Assembly: GCA_951406725.2 (NCBI GenBank)
Contig: OX597835.1
Coordinates: 45,322,001 to 45,386,000 of the forward strand
DNA from: Octopus vulgaris
Taxonomy: Eukaryota
Length of the DNA stretch: 64,000 nucleotides
Direction of reading: 5' to 3'
In this document: positions 29,341 to 42,435 of the stretch, one piece after another
Position numbering within the stretch: the first letter of the stretch is position 1
Layout: the number at the start of each line of letters is the position of its first letter
Notes under the pieces: model-generated
What the model was told of the DNA's origin: nothing
The model's database searches: none
Seen by the model: only the letters and a program-made list of their open reading frames with translations
Position numbers and translations under genes: made by a program

Positions 29341-30072
29341 AGACGTCACACAGTATCCAATACCGTGGTGTTATTGACTGAAAATATTGTGTCTACCGGG
29401 GGTTTGTACTGTTTGTCAAGTCACAACAAGGACGTCAATATTCGTGAAGTCACAACAAGGACCTCAATATTCGTGCAGTTCCAAGTAATAGCGATTTTTG
29501 CAGTACACGTTGACTGTAGGATATTTCTAAAGTTTTCAGATGTTTTTTTTTTCAGATTGGGTGGTATTGAACTTAATGCCCCGATGACAATAGAGACACT
29601 CTTTATGTTTGACTCTCGCAGCTGCCACATCTTAGCAATCTCAATTCTTTTCTCTTTCTTTCATGATAACATGTCGGTCGCCTGGCACTGACAGGTCAAT
29701 TATTAGGTACTCTGGTTTGTCCCTCCTAAAGGTTACTATATCCGGCCTTAGGTGCTCTAACACCTTGTCTATCTAGAAGTCCTAGAGGATTTTTGCCTTC
29801 TCCTTTCCATTCATTACCTTTTCCAGTGAATATTGGTACCAATCACCCGTTACCTCCTATCCATATTTCCTGCATATTAGCCAGTGAAGGCTTTTGGCTA
29901 CCTTGTCGTGTCTGCGCTTGTACTCTTTCTGCGCAAGACTTTCACGAGTTCTAACAATGTGAGTCACGCTTTCGACCCTCTACCCACACGTTCTACTGAG
30001 GTCCAGTACAATTGTGTGGTATATGTATCCCTTTTCACTGAGTTGGTATTCAATGCTTGATCCTGGGCAACG
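29341..30072 (-). mobile_element. 5'-truncated R4/Dong-like RLE non-LTR retrotransposon
   Basis: Minus-strand peptides AQDQALNT, ESVTHIV, EYKRRHDKVAKSLHW, RPDIV, IIDLSVPGD, IVIGAL and LLGTARILR give the zinc knuckle, RHD and PD..D endonuclease motifs; flanked by (TAA)n on both sides. Confidence 0.85.
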
Positions 30073-30134
<62 letters not shown>

Positions 30135-30169
30135 CATCATCATCATCATCATCGTCATCATCATCATCA

Positions 30170-30210
<41 letters not shown>

Positions 30211-30235
30211 GTTATTATCATCATCATCATCATCA

Positions 30236-30290
<55 letters not shown>

Positions 30291-30328
30291 CATCATCATC
30301 ATCATCATGATCATCATCATCATCATCA

Positions 30329-30365
<37 letters not shown>

Positions 30366-30369
30366 CATA

Positions 30370-30435
<66 letters not shown>

Positions 30436-30445
30436 GTTGTTGTTA
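30073..30445. repeat. Compound (ATT)n/(CAT)n microsatellite
   Basis: Visible repeat. Confidence 0.97.
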
Positions 30446-31089
30446 TTTTTGTTGTTGGTAATATTATTAAGCTTGGATTTTGCTTTGTCTTCGTATGTCG
30501 TAAGTGAAAGTCTCACTCAAAGACCTCACTAGACAGCCAGTTATAAAATTTCAAGAAGATATTAATCCTACGATGTTTGGCGCCTTCAATGTTTTTCTTG
30601 AAAAATTTATTTCGGTGTGAGTGGTTCGTATTTTAATTGCGTACCTTAAGCTGGTATGAATCACTATTTTAGAAAATGCTCGTTTGATACTATGTGAAAT
30701 AATTGTCGTTTAACTTGTGCAATTATGCCTGAATTCGCACCAGAATTGAATGCAGTGCAATTGGACAGTAAGAAATATTTTTCGTTGGAATTTTATGTGG
30801 AACAAGGAAATGTATTTGTTTATCTATTCATTTATTTATTTATACAGCTATAGGTGAATGGCATTGTGGTTTTAATAATTCTTCTAAATTTTAACCATGG
30901 AATGCTAAGTTATTGAGAATAGCGCGTTGCATGAAAAACATCAATCAACATAACAGAACATGCTTCAATACAATTCCTTTTATGAAATATTTCACAACTG
31001 GAAAACGCGAGGCAACATATGGCCATAAGACGGCTGTCACTCTTCCGGAATCGCCGCACTAATAATGGGAGGGAAAATAACAAAACGTT

Positions 31090-31262
31090 GCCAATTCTGG
31101 CACAAGGCCAACATGTTCGAAGTAGGTGTTATGTAGAGTATATCAACCCCAGTGCTCAAATGGTACTTATTTTATCGACCTGAAAAAATGAAATGCAAAG
31201 TTGACCCCGGCGTCATTTGAACTCATTTTGCCCGGCTAACGATTCTGCAAGCTTGCCGCCTT
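31090..31262 (-). mobile_element. SINE family A, diverged
   Basis: tggtacttattttatcgacc ... gattctgcaagcttgccgcctt. Confidence 0.7.
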
Positions 31263-32404
31263 CAATGCCTTGTTAATGTTAAGGCGTTTGTCGTAGTGTT
31301 ATCAAATGACACATCTAGGAATGAAAATCTTCTCTGTCGGAGAGGAAGAAATCATAGAACGATACGCAGTGTTTCTAAAGGCGAGGGCTGGATGAAGCAC
31401 AAATTAATGAATTACGTCTCGTTTCCACAGTACTTGGTATGATTAACAGCAAAGAAATAAAGGGGGCAGCATAAAAAATATCGATCCCTTATCTTGCTAA
31501 ATATCGGTAGATGCTCGGCGCCTACGGGAATTCCTATCACATAAGTTAAGTTGAGGGTCACCATGGACATTGAAATCATCTTGACACGAAAACACCACGA
31601 AACTATGCCCGAGTTGTATCGCGTGGTTGGTGCCGAAAGATAGGTTCTAGGAGAGTTAATTCGGGACTAAATACCCAGCCGCCATGTGCGTATCAATACA
31701 ATTCATTTAAGGGATTTCTGTTGTTGAAAATTGAAAGAAGGAAAACAGTATGCCCAAGACGCTGCACGATTTGAAGTGTCACCAGGCGTTACTCTGGTTG
31801 ATGATGTAAGATAAACCTTTGTATTTATACCTAGAATTTAAACCGAAATTGCTGCGAATGTGATCACCTGCTTGAGAATAAATCGAATACAGTCAAGGAA
31901 AATTAAACAGAATTATGCTAATAACAATCGGAAAATAAAAAATAAACACAGTGATAAAAAAAAAACATCTCCAGCGATATCAGAGAGGAAACTGCGCTTG
32001 ATTCTGTAACAGCAAGAAGGATGTATATGCAATTAATTGGTGGCAACAAATAATACGTAATTGGAATGCAAATGCGAAATCACATACACCGGAAATACTG
32101 AATTCCCAATCGAACAATCCAACAAAATCTAAAATTGTTAGCAAATCAGAAACGAGAGTAATCTGCAGTACACTAAGTGGGAGTATCTGCAGGAGGCATG
32201 AATAGAGTCGTATACAACAAGAGGCAAGCAGCATATGACATTGGTTGCTGTCAGCGAGTTTAAGATAGAGACGGGGACAATGGCTGGCGCAGTTTGAACG
32301 ACGGCAGACTTGTTAATGGTCCCATTATATTTGGGAGGTGGGGTGAGCTCATTATGTGAACATTGTACCGACCAACAGCCACCAGGCCAGAGCAATATGA
32401 ATAA

Positions 32405-34081
32405 CACTGGTCAACACGGTTTTTCGGGCCGAAAAACAAAACGCGTTTTTTTTAGCTAATTTGATGATACTGAATCTGAAAATGTCCCTAGATTTTCATG
32501 GTTAGCTACCGTTTTTGTCGTACTGAAATTGCTCATTTTTGGAAAAAAGATCAATTTACGATCCTGGCTGATCGCAAAATTTATTTAAAAAAGGTAGTAG
32601 AAACCCATGAATTTTCAGGTAGGACGAGCAATTTATGTCAGCCACCTAAAACAAACTATTTTTATAAGACAAAATGCGTTTTTGAGTCAAAATTTAAAAA
32701 ATAGAAGTACCGAATTTTTCCAATTCATTGCCAAAATTCAAATTAACTGATAAACGTTATCAGTAATACACTTTAGTAAACCTGATAATTAACGTGACAT
32801 AATTAACAATGAAACCCTAAAATCTTCTGTTTGATATTCATAAATCTATCCCATCACTTTTATCCCTTCACCACGGAAGGAAACCAAGCACATTAAGAGC
32901 TTTTGTTTTTACAGTTGGAAAAAAAAACTCCAACTAAATTCATCCCAATTGAATGCACCTATTCCATTGTACATGATGAAAATCATGAAAATGATTTCAC
33001 CTTAAAATCCGCCCTCCACGCAGGATTACGAAGATACGACGTAGAATCAGCCTAACGACTCTTTCGGCTTTTCTTATTGACAGTTTTACGAGTCTTTGCG
33101 TAGGACATTAGGAAAGATCAAATTACCGAAATGTGAACACGCAAAGTGTAATGTAAGTGCTCAACCAACTCATTTTCTTTTTTATCATAGCTTGGTCAAC
33201 AAAGTGGCTACACGAAATGCCCATGTTTTTGTGTGTGTGTGTGTGTGAGTATATGTGGGACAGTTGAGCAAAAGAGGAACACTGGAAAGGGAAAGATTAA
33301 CCACCCCAAGAGTTGAAAAGAACGTTGTTAGTTATTGTTGACGTTGTGAAAAACTTCTTAGACAATCGCCGGACCGAAAACTGCAAAGAGTTAGTGGAAA
33401 AGCTGCTGAAAAGTTTACATGACATAGGTGCTAATATGAGTATTAAGGTTCATTTTTTACATAGCCATCTAGATAAATTTCAGGATGATTGCGGCGATGT
33501 GAGTGATGAGCAAGGAGAACGATTCTATGAGGATATCAAAACAATGCAAGAGCACAACCAGGGACGGTGGGACAAATGAATGATGGCTGACTACTGCTAG
33601 AGTATCAAATAACATTGAACATAACAGACAATCGAGAAAGAGAAAATTTTTACCATAATTCTTATGTTCACGAAGGTTTTTATTTCTGCAGTCAGTTATT
33701 TAATGATTTGATGAAAATACTTGTTGGTCTTGGTATATTCAATCGTGTTATTTTAAAAAATTTAGGTTCTGATTTTTATTTAAAATAGTATTTCTCAATA
33801 AGCAGACCAATATTTGTTGGTTTAAATATGAATTGAGAGGTTTCTACGATTTTACTTTGAAAAATATTGCCATAGATCAATATCAAATATACAGAAAACA
33901 AATGAAAACAATGCTTTTTCCCCCCCAAAAAATGAGGCATATCTATACAACAAAAACGTTAGCTAACCAAGAAAAAGTAAGGTGTAAGGTCATTTTCAGA
34001 TTTAGCGTCCTCAAGTTACCTAAAAAAGATCTTTGGTGTCTCGACGTTATTTCAAATAATTTTTTTTTTGGTTGACCAGTG
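32405..34081 (+). mobile_element. Internally deleted Chapaev3-type (CMC) DNA transposon
   Basis: Terminal inverted repeats CACTGGTCAAC...GTTGACCAGTG plus imperfect subterminal inverted repeats (aatctgaaaatg / ggttagcta); flanks TAA and AAA; transposase remnants inside. Confidence 0.85.
33192..33600 (+). pseudogene. Chapaev3-type transposase remnant
   Basis: LGQQSGYTKCPCF..WDS*AKEEHW, then NMSIKVHFLHSHLDKF...VSDEQGERFYEDIKTM...QGRW; internal deletion and stop codons. Confidence 0.85.
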
Positions 34082-34236
34082 AAATGGACACCAAATAATT
34101 GACATCTTATAAGACAATTCTAGCCAATAACTAAATAAAATGTAATTAATCCGTGGAATTTAGCTAGCTTTCCGTGCGTCTTCAATATGGAAGATTGAGA
34201 ACAAATATGACTGGTGGCAAACGGAAAACAAATAGT

Positions 34237-34277
<41 letters not shown>

Positions 34278-34286
34278 TATATGGTG

Positions 34287-34479
34287 TAATAAATAAAATA
34301 TATGCATACATACAAACATATATGTACGTACCTACATCTACATGTATATATACATGCATATATAAATATATATACGTGAACACAGGACACCACAAATAGA
34401 CGTAGAATTCGACGAGAAACGAAAAAGTAAAAACAAGCATGGAATGGACCATTTTTTTAACAACGAAAAAACAGAGTAC
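34287..34479 (+). repeat. Unclassified (TA)n-embedded interspersed repeat; inverted paralogue at 53221-53400
   Basis: Shared gtacgtacctacatcta ... acaggac(a/g)ccacaaa ... gagaaacgaaaa ... aatggac ... aacaacgaaaa ... gagtac. Confidence 0.75.
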
Positions 34480-34594
34480 AAGACAACTACACAAGGAAAA
34501 AAAACCCGCATGTAGAGACATCCTTTTTGCCGGAGATTGTCCGCAGACGCAGGGACAGAACGACTGAGGAGCCGCCGGTTGCCGAAACAGACAC

Positions 34595-34752
34595 TCCGAG
34601 TATTTTCACCAGGTTGTGGCCCTAATACCACTCGGTGTCAGACCAATCCGCCTTGGGTGGCCTTCCAGGAACAGAAGTTCCCGACGGCATGGCTCTGACA
34701 CTACCCGTTGCCAGCGTCCACACGACGGTGAGGAGGGGATGGACTTTGGGGA
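34595..34752 (-). mobile_element. RTE-clade LINE 5' UTR-like fragment
   Basis: Minus strand gagccatgccgt...ggccacccaaggcggattggtc resembles the RTE/BovB-type 5' leader motif (recognised from memory). Confidence 0.5.
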
Positions 34753-34753
34753 C

Positions 34754-34829
<76 letters not shown>

Positions 34830-35142
34830 GTATATATATATATATACATATGCAGATGTGAGTGCATCCTTGCTACATTGCAATCTCTGAATGAATATAT
34901 TTGTTTCATCCATTGCGATCGCGTATGTGAGGTGAAATGTATGTTTATATCATTTGAACCTTTGTTTGGTTACAAAGGACGTCGGCAATGGGCAATTTTT
35001 AGATGGTTTTGTGACATCACACTCACACACACACACACACACACATACACACGTGCAGACTCCTGTGCTGTGTGTATGTGCGTAAATATGAATGTATGGG
35101 TTTATATCTATCGATTGATCCGTACATATCTCTCTCTCTCTC

Positions 35143-35296
<154 letters not shown>

Positions 35297-35903
35297 CCCA
35301 TCCCTTCTCCTCTCTGATTCCTTCTTTCTCTCTCTTCTCTCTCTTTGTTGCGTTTGTCCCTCCTCTCTCTCTCTCTCTTCCTTTGCTTTCTTTCTTTCTT
35401 TTTCTCTCTTCTCTGTCACGTGACTGCTGGCTGAAATCTGCCTTTCAGCTTCTGACCATCGTCACGTTAACATCGTTGTTTTTCGTCCGCCGCTATAAAG
35501 GCTCCTTCCAATGCGCCAGAGAAAAAATTTGTTTGCTTGTTATCAGTCGTAAGACACTTGTTGTTTTCACCGTTAATGCTTCTGTATTTCATGTTTCTGT
35601 ATTCCATTATTGTTTTTTTTTTTTTTTTATATCTGTCCCTTTTGCTGTCCTGGTGTTCGTATGCATTCGATCCTTCTTCCAGGAAATCTACGCTTCCAGC
35701 TTAGTTTTTCTAATGCTCGTTGCTTAGTTTTTCTTGGAGGGCTGGCCGTGATCTAGTAATCTCAAGATTAATCAGCCGAAATTACTACGATGATCCGGTT
35801 CTTGACTGAAGACTGAGGGTTTCGAATGTCCTGTCCGTGTTTATTGTATCGTCTTCTAAGAGTTATACGTTCTTGTCCATGTTGTATTTTTCTACACACC
35901 TTA

Positions 35904-36083
<180 letters not shown>

Positions 36084-36162
36084 GCACAAGAACCTTTATA
36101 TGTATGCATAATCTGTCCTGATAAACATATATGTTTGTGTATGTCAACACGTACATTCACAC

Positions 36163-36194
<32 letters not shown>

Positions 36195-36881
36195 CACACA
36201 GAGCCATGTACACGAATGCCTATTCCATCCTTCCGAGACTGTAGAACCGAGTTAATATGAATCTATATTAACTTGTGTGTGGGTGTGTGTGTGTGTCTGT
36301 GTTTATGTGTGTTTATGTGTTAGTATCTATACGCTTATTTATGACTGTGTTTCAAAGTTTCTGTCTTTATGACAGAAAGAGAGAGAAAGAGAGATTGAGA
36401 AAGAGAGATTGAGAAAGAGAGATTATATATGTGCGTGTGTGAGTGTGTGTATTTGCGTGTGTGTGTAAGTGTCTGTATACATCGTTCAGCACGAGAGTTG
36501 ATGTATGTGTCTATATTTTACTTTCATAAAATATTTGGCCTAAGTAAACATTGAGAATGTAATAACACGCGACACAGAAAAAAACCCCATACGTAAACAT
36601 AATAAAAAAACCATGCACAGACACATTCAATATATTAATACCCCGAAAAGGAGACATACACTATATATTTCTTCTTAATAGTTGTTTTTGCAGTTTCACG
36701 CTTGTTGTTTTTTCGGGCCAAATAAGATTTTTTGGTTTTTAAATCTATTTCGTATAATTTCATAACGTTGTCATCTCCCAAATAGTTTACACTATCTAAA
36801 TATATATGTGCTACATGTGGCCACCACTACATGCATGTGTACGTGTACCAGTATATATGTATATATGCATGTATATACATG

Positions 36882-36914
<33 letters not shown>

Positions 36915-37095
36915 GTATATACATATATATACACACATACACAAACACAGGTGAAATTACTATAAACAATACTACACACGATGTAATAATACATATGGGA
37001 ACACCTATAAACATGGGCAAACAATATATACATGCACACACACACTCACACAAAAATATACACACACACTGACTTATATTTCTAGATCAATCTAT

Positions 37096-37227
<132 letters not shown>

Positions 37228-38301
37228 GTGTGTATATATATATGCATGTATGTACGTACAACTGTTGCTTCTTGATTTATTCTAAGCTATTGTATTGCTT
37301 CCATGTTTGTCCTCCTGTCTCTATATTTACACAGATATCTTACATACGCACGCGTATACACATGCAAATTATACACATGTATATGAAAATATTTGTAAAC
37401 ATGTACCAACAAATACATGTATGTGTATGTGTCTGAGTGCGAGGGTTAGTTCTTGTTTGTTTGTTTATATGAATAGGCGTATAGACAAAGAAACACATAG
37501 AAATACTTCATTTTTTGTGTAATTTTGTGTAAATGTCTCACGTTTGCTCTATGAATCCTCGGAGAGAAATGTTATGAGAAACTGTGTATTCATGTATCTG
37601 TATCGTGTTTGTTTATTCAACTTGTGAAACATCTTAATTTACTCCTTTCTCCTTTGGCTGTATTTTTGTTTTTGTGTGCATCAGTGCATGTACGTGTGTC
37701 TGTGTATGAGAATATATAAATGTTTAAGCAGTAGTGTTTGTCAGTCAGTTTTATTTTCCCGTCCCACAATGCTCAGCTCAGCCAATGTGTACGACTCTCT
37801 GTTCATTGATTAGGAATCTAGCATCTCATACAAAACATAACTTCATGTGTACTTGTGGACTCTGTGGTTTTTCTTCCTACGTTTATTGCATGCGTTTGCA
37901 CACACACACACACACGAGAACACAACACGCACACACTCATACATGACAAGCTCGCACACACACACACACACAACACACACACACACACAACACACACACA
38001 CACACACATACACACATGCAACTATTTTCGTATGTATGTATGTTTACATATATGTGTTTGTGTATCTAGAAAAAGATATCCATCCACGTCTAACACACTA
38101 CCTCCCACTCACTTTCTTGCCCTCTCCGGTAACATATACATACATGCATATATATATATATATGCCTACGTAATACATACATACATACATACATATATAC
38201 ATACATACATGCATACATGCATACATATATACATACATACACACATACATACATACGTACATACATACATACATACATACCCACATACATACATACATAC
38301 A

Positions 38302-38335
<34 letters not shown>

Positions 38336-39036
38336 CATACATTCATGCATACATACATACATACCTACAACATACATACATACATACATACATACATACA
38401 TACATACATACATACATACATACATTATTTGATCTATACACTCTGCTTGCACCACTTGTCTGCAATCAACATTTGGATGAATAAAATTTTCAGTATTCCA
38501 AATATTAATATTCAATGCAATCTCTCAAGCTCCTTAGAGAAGATGCCATAGTGTTAGGCAAAGAAATTCCTTATCTTACGTATGTTTATTCTTAACTTTG
38601 ACGCAAAACAACGCGCTTGTACATATTTAGAAATGCAAAAAGGGAAAATCAGCAATCATAGAATTGCACAATGAAGATAAATGCGATTAGCGTAAGGTAC
38701 CTTTGTTCCGATTCGTATCGTTTATGAAAGAGGAGGAAAAGGCTTAAGTGAATTTCTGTTTTTAAAAGTAGAGAAAAAGCATGATATCAAACATTACAGA
38801 GAGAGAAAGAAGGGGAGAGAGAGAAAGGAGGAGAGAGAAAGAGGGAGAGAGATGCGTGTGCATGCGTGCGCAAGTGCGTATATATATATATATTCTGTTG
38901 TGTCTGGAGAGAGTCATTTTCTGTTTGTGCCTTATGATTTAAAAAAATCACCGGTAAAATTTCCCCTTATTTCTTATTTTCATTTTCCTAAAATTTTTTG
39001 TTGCGTCTTGCAACCTTTTCAATTGTCTTCAAGAGT

Positions 39037-39290
39037 CAAGAACTCAGAACGTAGCGGCAGACAAAATACCTATTTCTTTACTACTCGCAAGGGGCTAAAC
39101 ACAGGAGACAAACATGGACAGACAAACGGATTAAGTTGATTACATCGTTCCCAGTGCGTAACTGGTACTTAATTTATCAACCTCGAAAGGATGAAAGGCA
39201 AAGTCGACCTCGGCGGAATTTGAACTTAGAGCTTAACGGCAGACGAAATACGGCTGCGCATTTCGCCCGGCGTGCTAACGATTCTGCCAG
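39037..39290 (-). mobile_element. SINE family A
   Basis: aaggatgaaaggcaaagtcgacctcggcggaatttgaac ... cgtgctaacgattctgccag. Confidence 0.9.
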
Positions 39291-39544
39291 GTATATTGTT
39301 TTCCTGACCTTGCTCCGGGTGACTTTTGGTTGCTCTCCAAGCTGAAGAAGGATGTCAGGGGTCAGTCATTTGGAAGATGAAGGAGGCTGAGTCAAGGAGC
39401 CTGGACACCTACACATGGCAGAAATTCTATAGGGCTTTCAAGAAGTGCTTGAAGCAACAGAACAAGGGAATTCAAGGGGATTCGGGTTTTGTACTTTGAA
39501 ATTAAATGTCTTTCCTGATAAAGTATCAAACCTTCTGGAATATA

Positions 39545-39592
<48 letters not shown>

Positions 39593-41012
39593 GCATAACT
39601 GTCTCTCTCTCTCAATCTATCTAACTATCTATATACATATACACACGCACACACACATATATATATATATATAGATATATACACACACACACATATATAT
39701 GTGCACGTACACACATACATACACACATATATACTTATACTTATACATATAATTATACATACACACATACATATATATATTGAGAGAGAGAGAGGAAGGA
39801 GAGAGAGAAAGAGAATGAGAGTGAAAGAGATGTCTATGTGTGCGTCTGTTTGCATTTGGGTTTGTGTGGACGTGGGTGCGCGGAAGCATTTGTGTACGTT
39901 TCTCTGTGTATCATTCCGTACTCTATCGCTGACCAAAAATTATTTCGTTTCTTAATATACGTGTTTCCACTTTTTCAATCAGAATCTGCCTACTAATCGA
40001 AATGTTCAGCTTCAAATTTCAAAGACTTTGTAGGTCGTTTGTCGCCGTCGGAAACCAATAAGCCACGCCATTTTAATACCATTTTCTTTCTTTTATTCAT
40101 TCTTTCTTTCTTTCTTTCTTTCTCTATACATTTATATATTTCTATTTTGGTTTTTTAACAGTTTTTAATGTGTTTTATACGTTTCTATAGTTACAATCAG
40201 TTTTCCTCTTCACTGATTCCCAGTGTGTGTGTATTTATGTATATGTATATGTATAGCTCTCTTCTATGTCGTTATCGCTGCCATCTTGTCTGTCTGACTG
40301 ATTCTGTGTCTCTCCCAATATCTCTCTGTCGATTTTTCTCTCTTTCTCTCTGTATATAAACCTCTCTCTCTCTTTGTTATCCCTCTCAGTCTGGCCTCTT
40401 CCTCTCGCTTTTCTACTCCTTACTATTCCTTCTGACGCTTTAATATTCTATGTTGATAATCATTCTCCTCAACTGATATCCACCTGCGATGTCACTGGAA
40501 AGTACAAGCTAGGAAACAAGAAAAAAAAAAAAGGAAAATTAAGATTAGAATATTTTTTCTGTTGCGCGTCCTTTACAGACCAGTTCCGTAGAGATATTCG
40601 ATTAGCGATGAATCACAGTGAATATAAACATTATTTTAAAACCACAACTTAAAAGTGACTTTCATGAGCTACTGGTCCTTGTTTGTAGCTTGTTCTTTGA
40701 GGAGAGTGTGTTCGTTATAATGCTCGGTTATGATCAGCGGTTTCGTTCATATACATTTTTTGACAACGGGTTTCACGGCGGATATAAGTCGACTATTTTC
40801 GATGGACTTTTGTTCCGTGACTCTAAACAAGCTTTAGGAAAACAAGACGTGTCTACCATAGAGTGTTTCCAGTTACTACCAGTGCCTATCTCTTTATTTT
40901 TGTTGATGTTCACCAACCTATCAGGAAATGAGCTGCTAATCACCGTTAATGTATTGATATACCTACTGATGTTTCATACATTACCTTTCTATATATATAT
41001 GTATATATGTAT

Positions 41013-41250
41013 CGCAGGAGTGGCTGTGTGGTAAGTAGCTTGCTAACCAACCACATGGTTCCGGGTTAAGTCCCACTGCGTGGCATCTTGCGCAAGTGTC
41101 ATCTGCTATAGCCCCAGGCCGACCAGTGCCTTGTGAGTGGATTTGGTAGACGGAAACTGAAAGAAGTCTGTTGTATATATGAAAAAATGACGGTGCCCCG
41201 GCATGGTCGCAGCTCGTGAGCTGAAACTAGATAAAATAAAATAAAATAAA
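41013..41250 (+). mobile_element. SINE family B 5' half joined to a LINE-type tail
   Basis: Family B head to aagaagtctgttgtata, then ggtgccccggcatggtcgCAGCTCgtGAGCTGaaactag(ataaa)n. Confidence 0.85.
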
Positions 41251-41278
41251 AAAATATATGTATATATGTATGTATGTG

Positions 41279-41563
41279 TGGCGCGGCGCAATGCCCCAGT
41301 GGTTAGGGCAGCGGACTCGTGATTATAGGATCGCGGTTTCGATTCCCAGACCGGGCGTTGTGAGAGTTTATTGTGCGAAAACACCTAAAGCTCCACGAGG
41401 CTCGGGCAGGCGGTGGTGGCGATCCCTGCCGTACTCTTTCGCCACAACTTTATCTCTCTCTTTCTTCTGTTGGCATGCTCGCCTAGCCAGCGGCGAAGCG
41501 CATTGTGACCAGCGATGTGTAGCAACATCTGATAGCCTGGTCGATCACGGTGATCACGGTGAT
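41279..41563 (+). mobile_element. tRNA-derived SINE family C
   Basis: A-box-like tgccccagtgg, B-box ggtttcgattccc, tail tcacggtgatcacggtgat. Confidence 0.9.
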
Positions 41564-41584
41564 ATGTATGTATGTATGTATGTA

Positions 41585-41760
41585 TAGTCAATTCAATTAA
41601 ACGAATAGAAACGAACATCATGAGGACGTGCATAAGATATGTATTAGCTTGAAAATCGGTAAAAGGAGAGAGATTGACGTTTCGAGCATAGCTCCATGTT
41701 GGATAGGTGAACGAGAAAGATCGAAACAAGAAAGAGACATCGCCAACGGCATACGTGGAT
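41585..41760 (-). mobile_element. Short element with a degenerate hammerhead (41672-41704)
   Basis: Minus strand gagc-tat-gctc GAAA CG TC; shares gaggacgtg and atcg(a/c)caacgg with the 10385 copy. Confidence 0.55.
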
Positions 41761-41865
41761 TTGCATTGTTGAAGTGACCGGAAGTATAAAGATTCATGTA
41801 TGTAGGTGTTTCCGTCTGTCCTTGGCATTTGTAAGAGAAACTTGGCCTGTAGGTTGCGCAATATG

Positions 41866-41958
<93 letters not shown>

Positions 41959-41985
41959 TGTGTGTGTGCGAGCGTGTGTGTGTGT

Positions 41986-42277
41986 GGAGGCGCAATGGCC
42001 CAGCAGTTAGACAGCGGACTCGCAGTCGTAGGATCGCGGTTTCGATTCCCAGACCGGGCGTTGTGAGTGTTTATTGAGTGAAAACACCTAAAGCTCCACG
42101 AGTCTCCGGCAGGAGGTGGTTGCGATCCCTGCTGTACTCTTTCGCCACAACTTTCTCTCGCTCTTTCTTCTTTTGGCCAGCGGAGTGGCATCATTTGAAA
42201 ACTAAAACAACGCGAAGCGCATTGTGACCAGCGATGTGTAGCAACATCTGTTAGTCTGGTCCGTCACGGTGATCACG

Positions 42278-42282
<5 letters not shown>
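41986..42282 (+). mobile_element. SINE family C
   Basis: Similar to 41279-41563 and 54058-54370. Confidence 0.9.
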
Positions 42283-42369
<87 letters not shown>

Positions 42370-42397
42370 CGTGATCACCGTGACCGACCAGGCCATC

Positions 42398-42435
<38 letters not shown>

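Noticed and set aside
31720-32130. pogo or hAT transposase remnants (KLKEGK..., INWWQQ)
   Set aside because: The motifs are too short and inconsistent to support a call.
34564-34592. CTGAGGA gccgccggttgcc GAAAC on the plus strand as a hammerhead
   Set aside because: Core boxes are present, but stem II pairs poorly and there is no UH triplet or stem I.
41986-42060. tRNA gene
   Set aside because: A and B boxes are present, but the sequence continues into a repeated SINE body found three times and has no proper acceptor stem.
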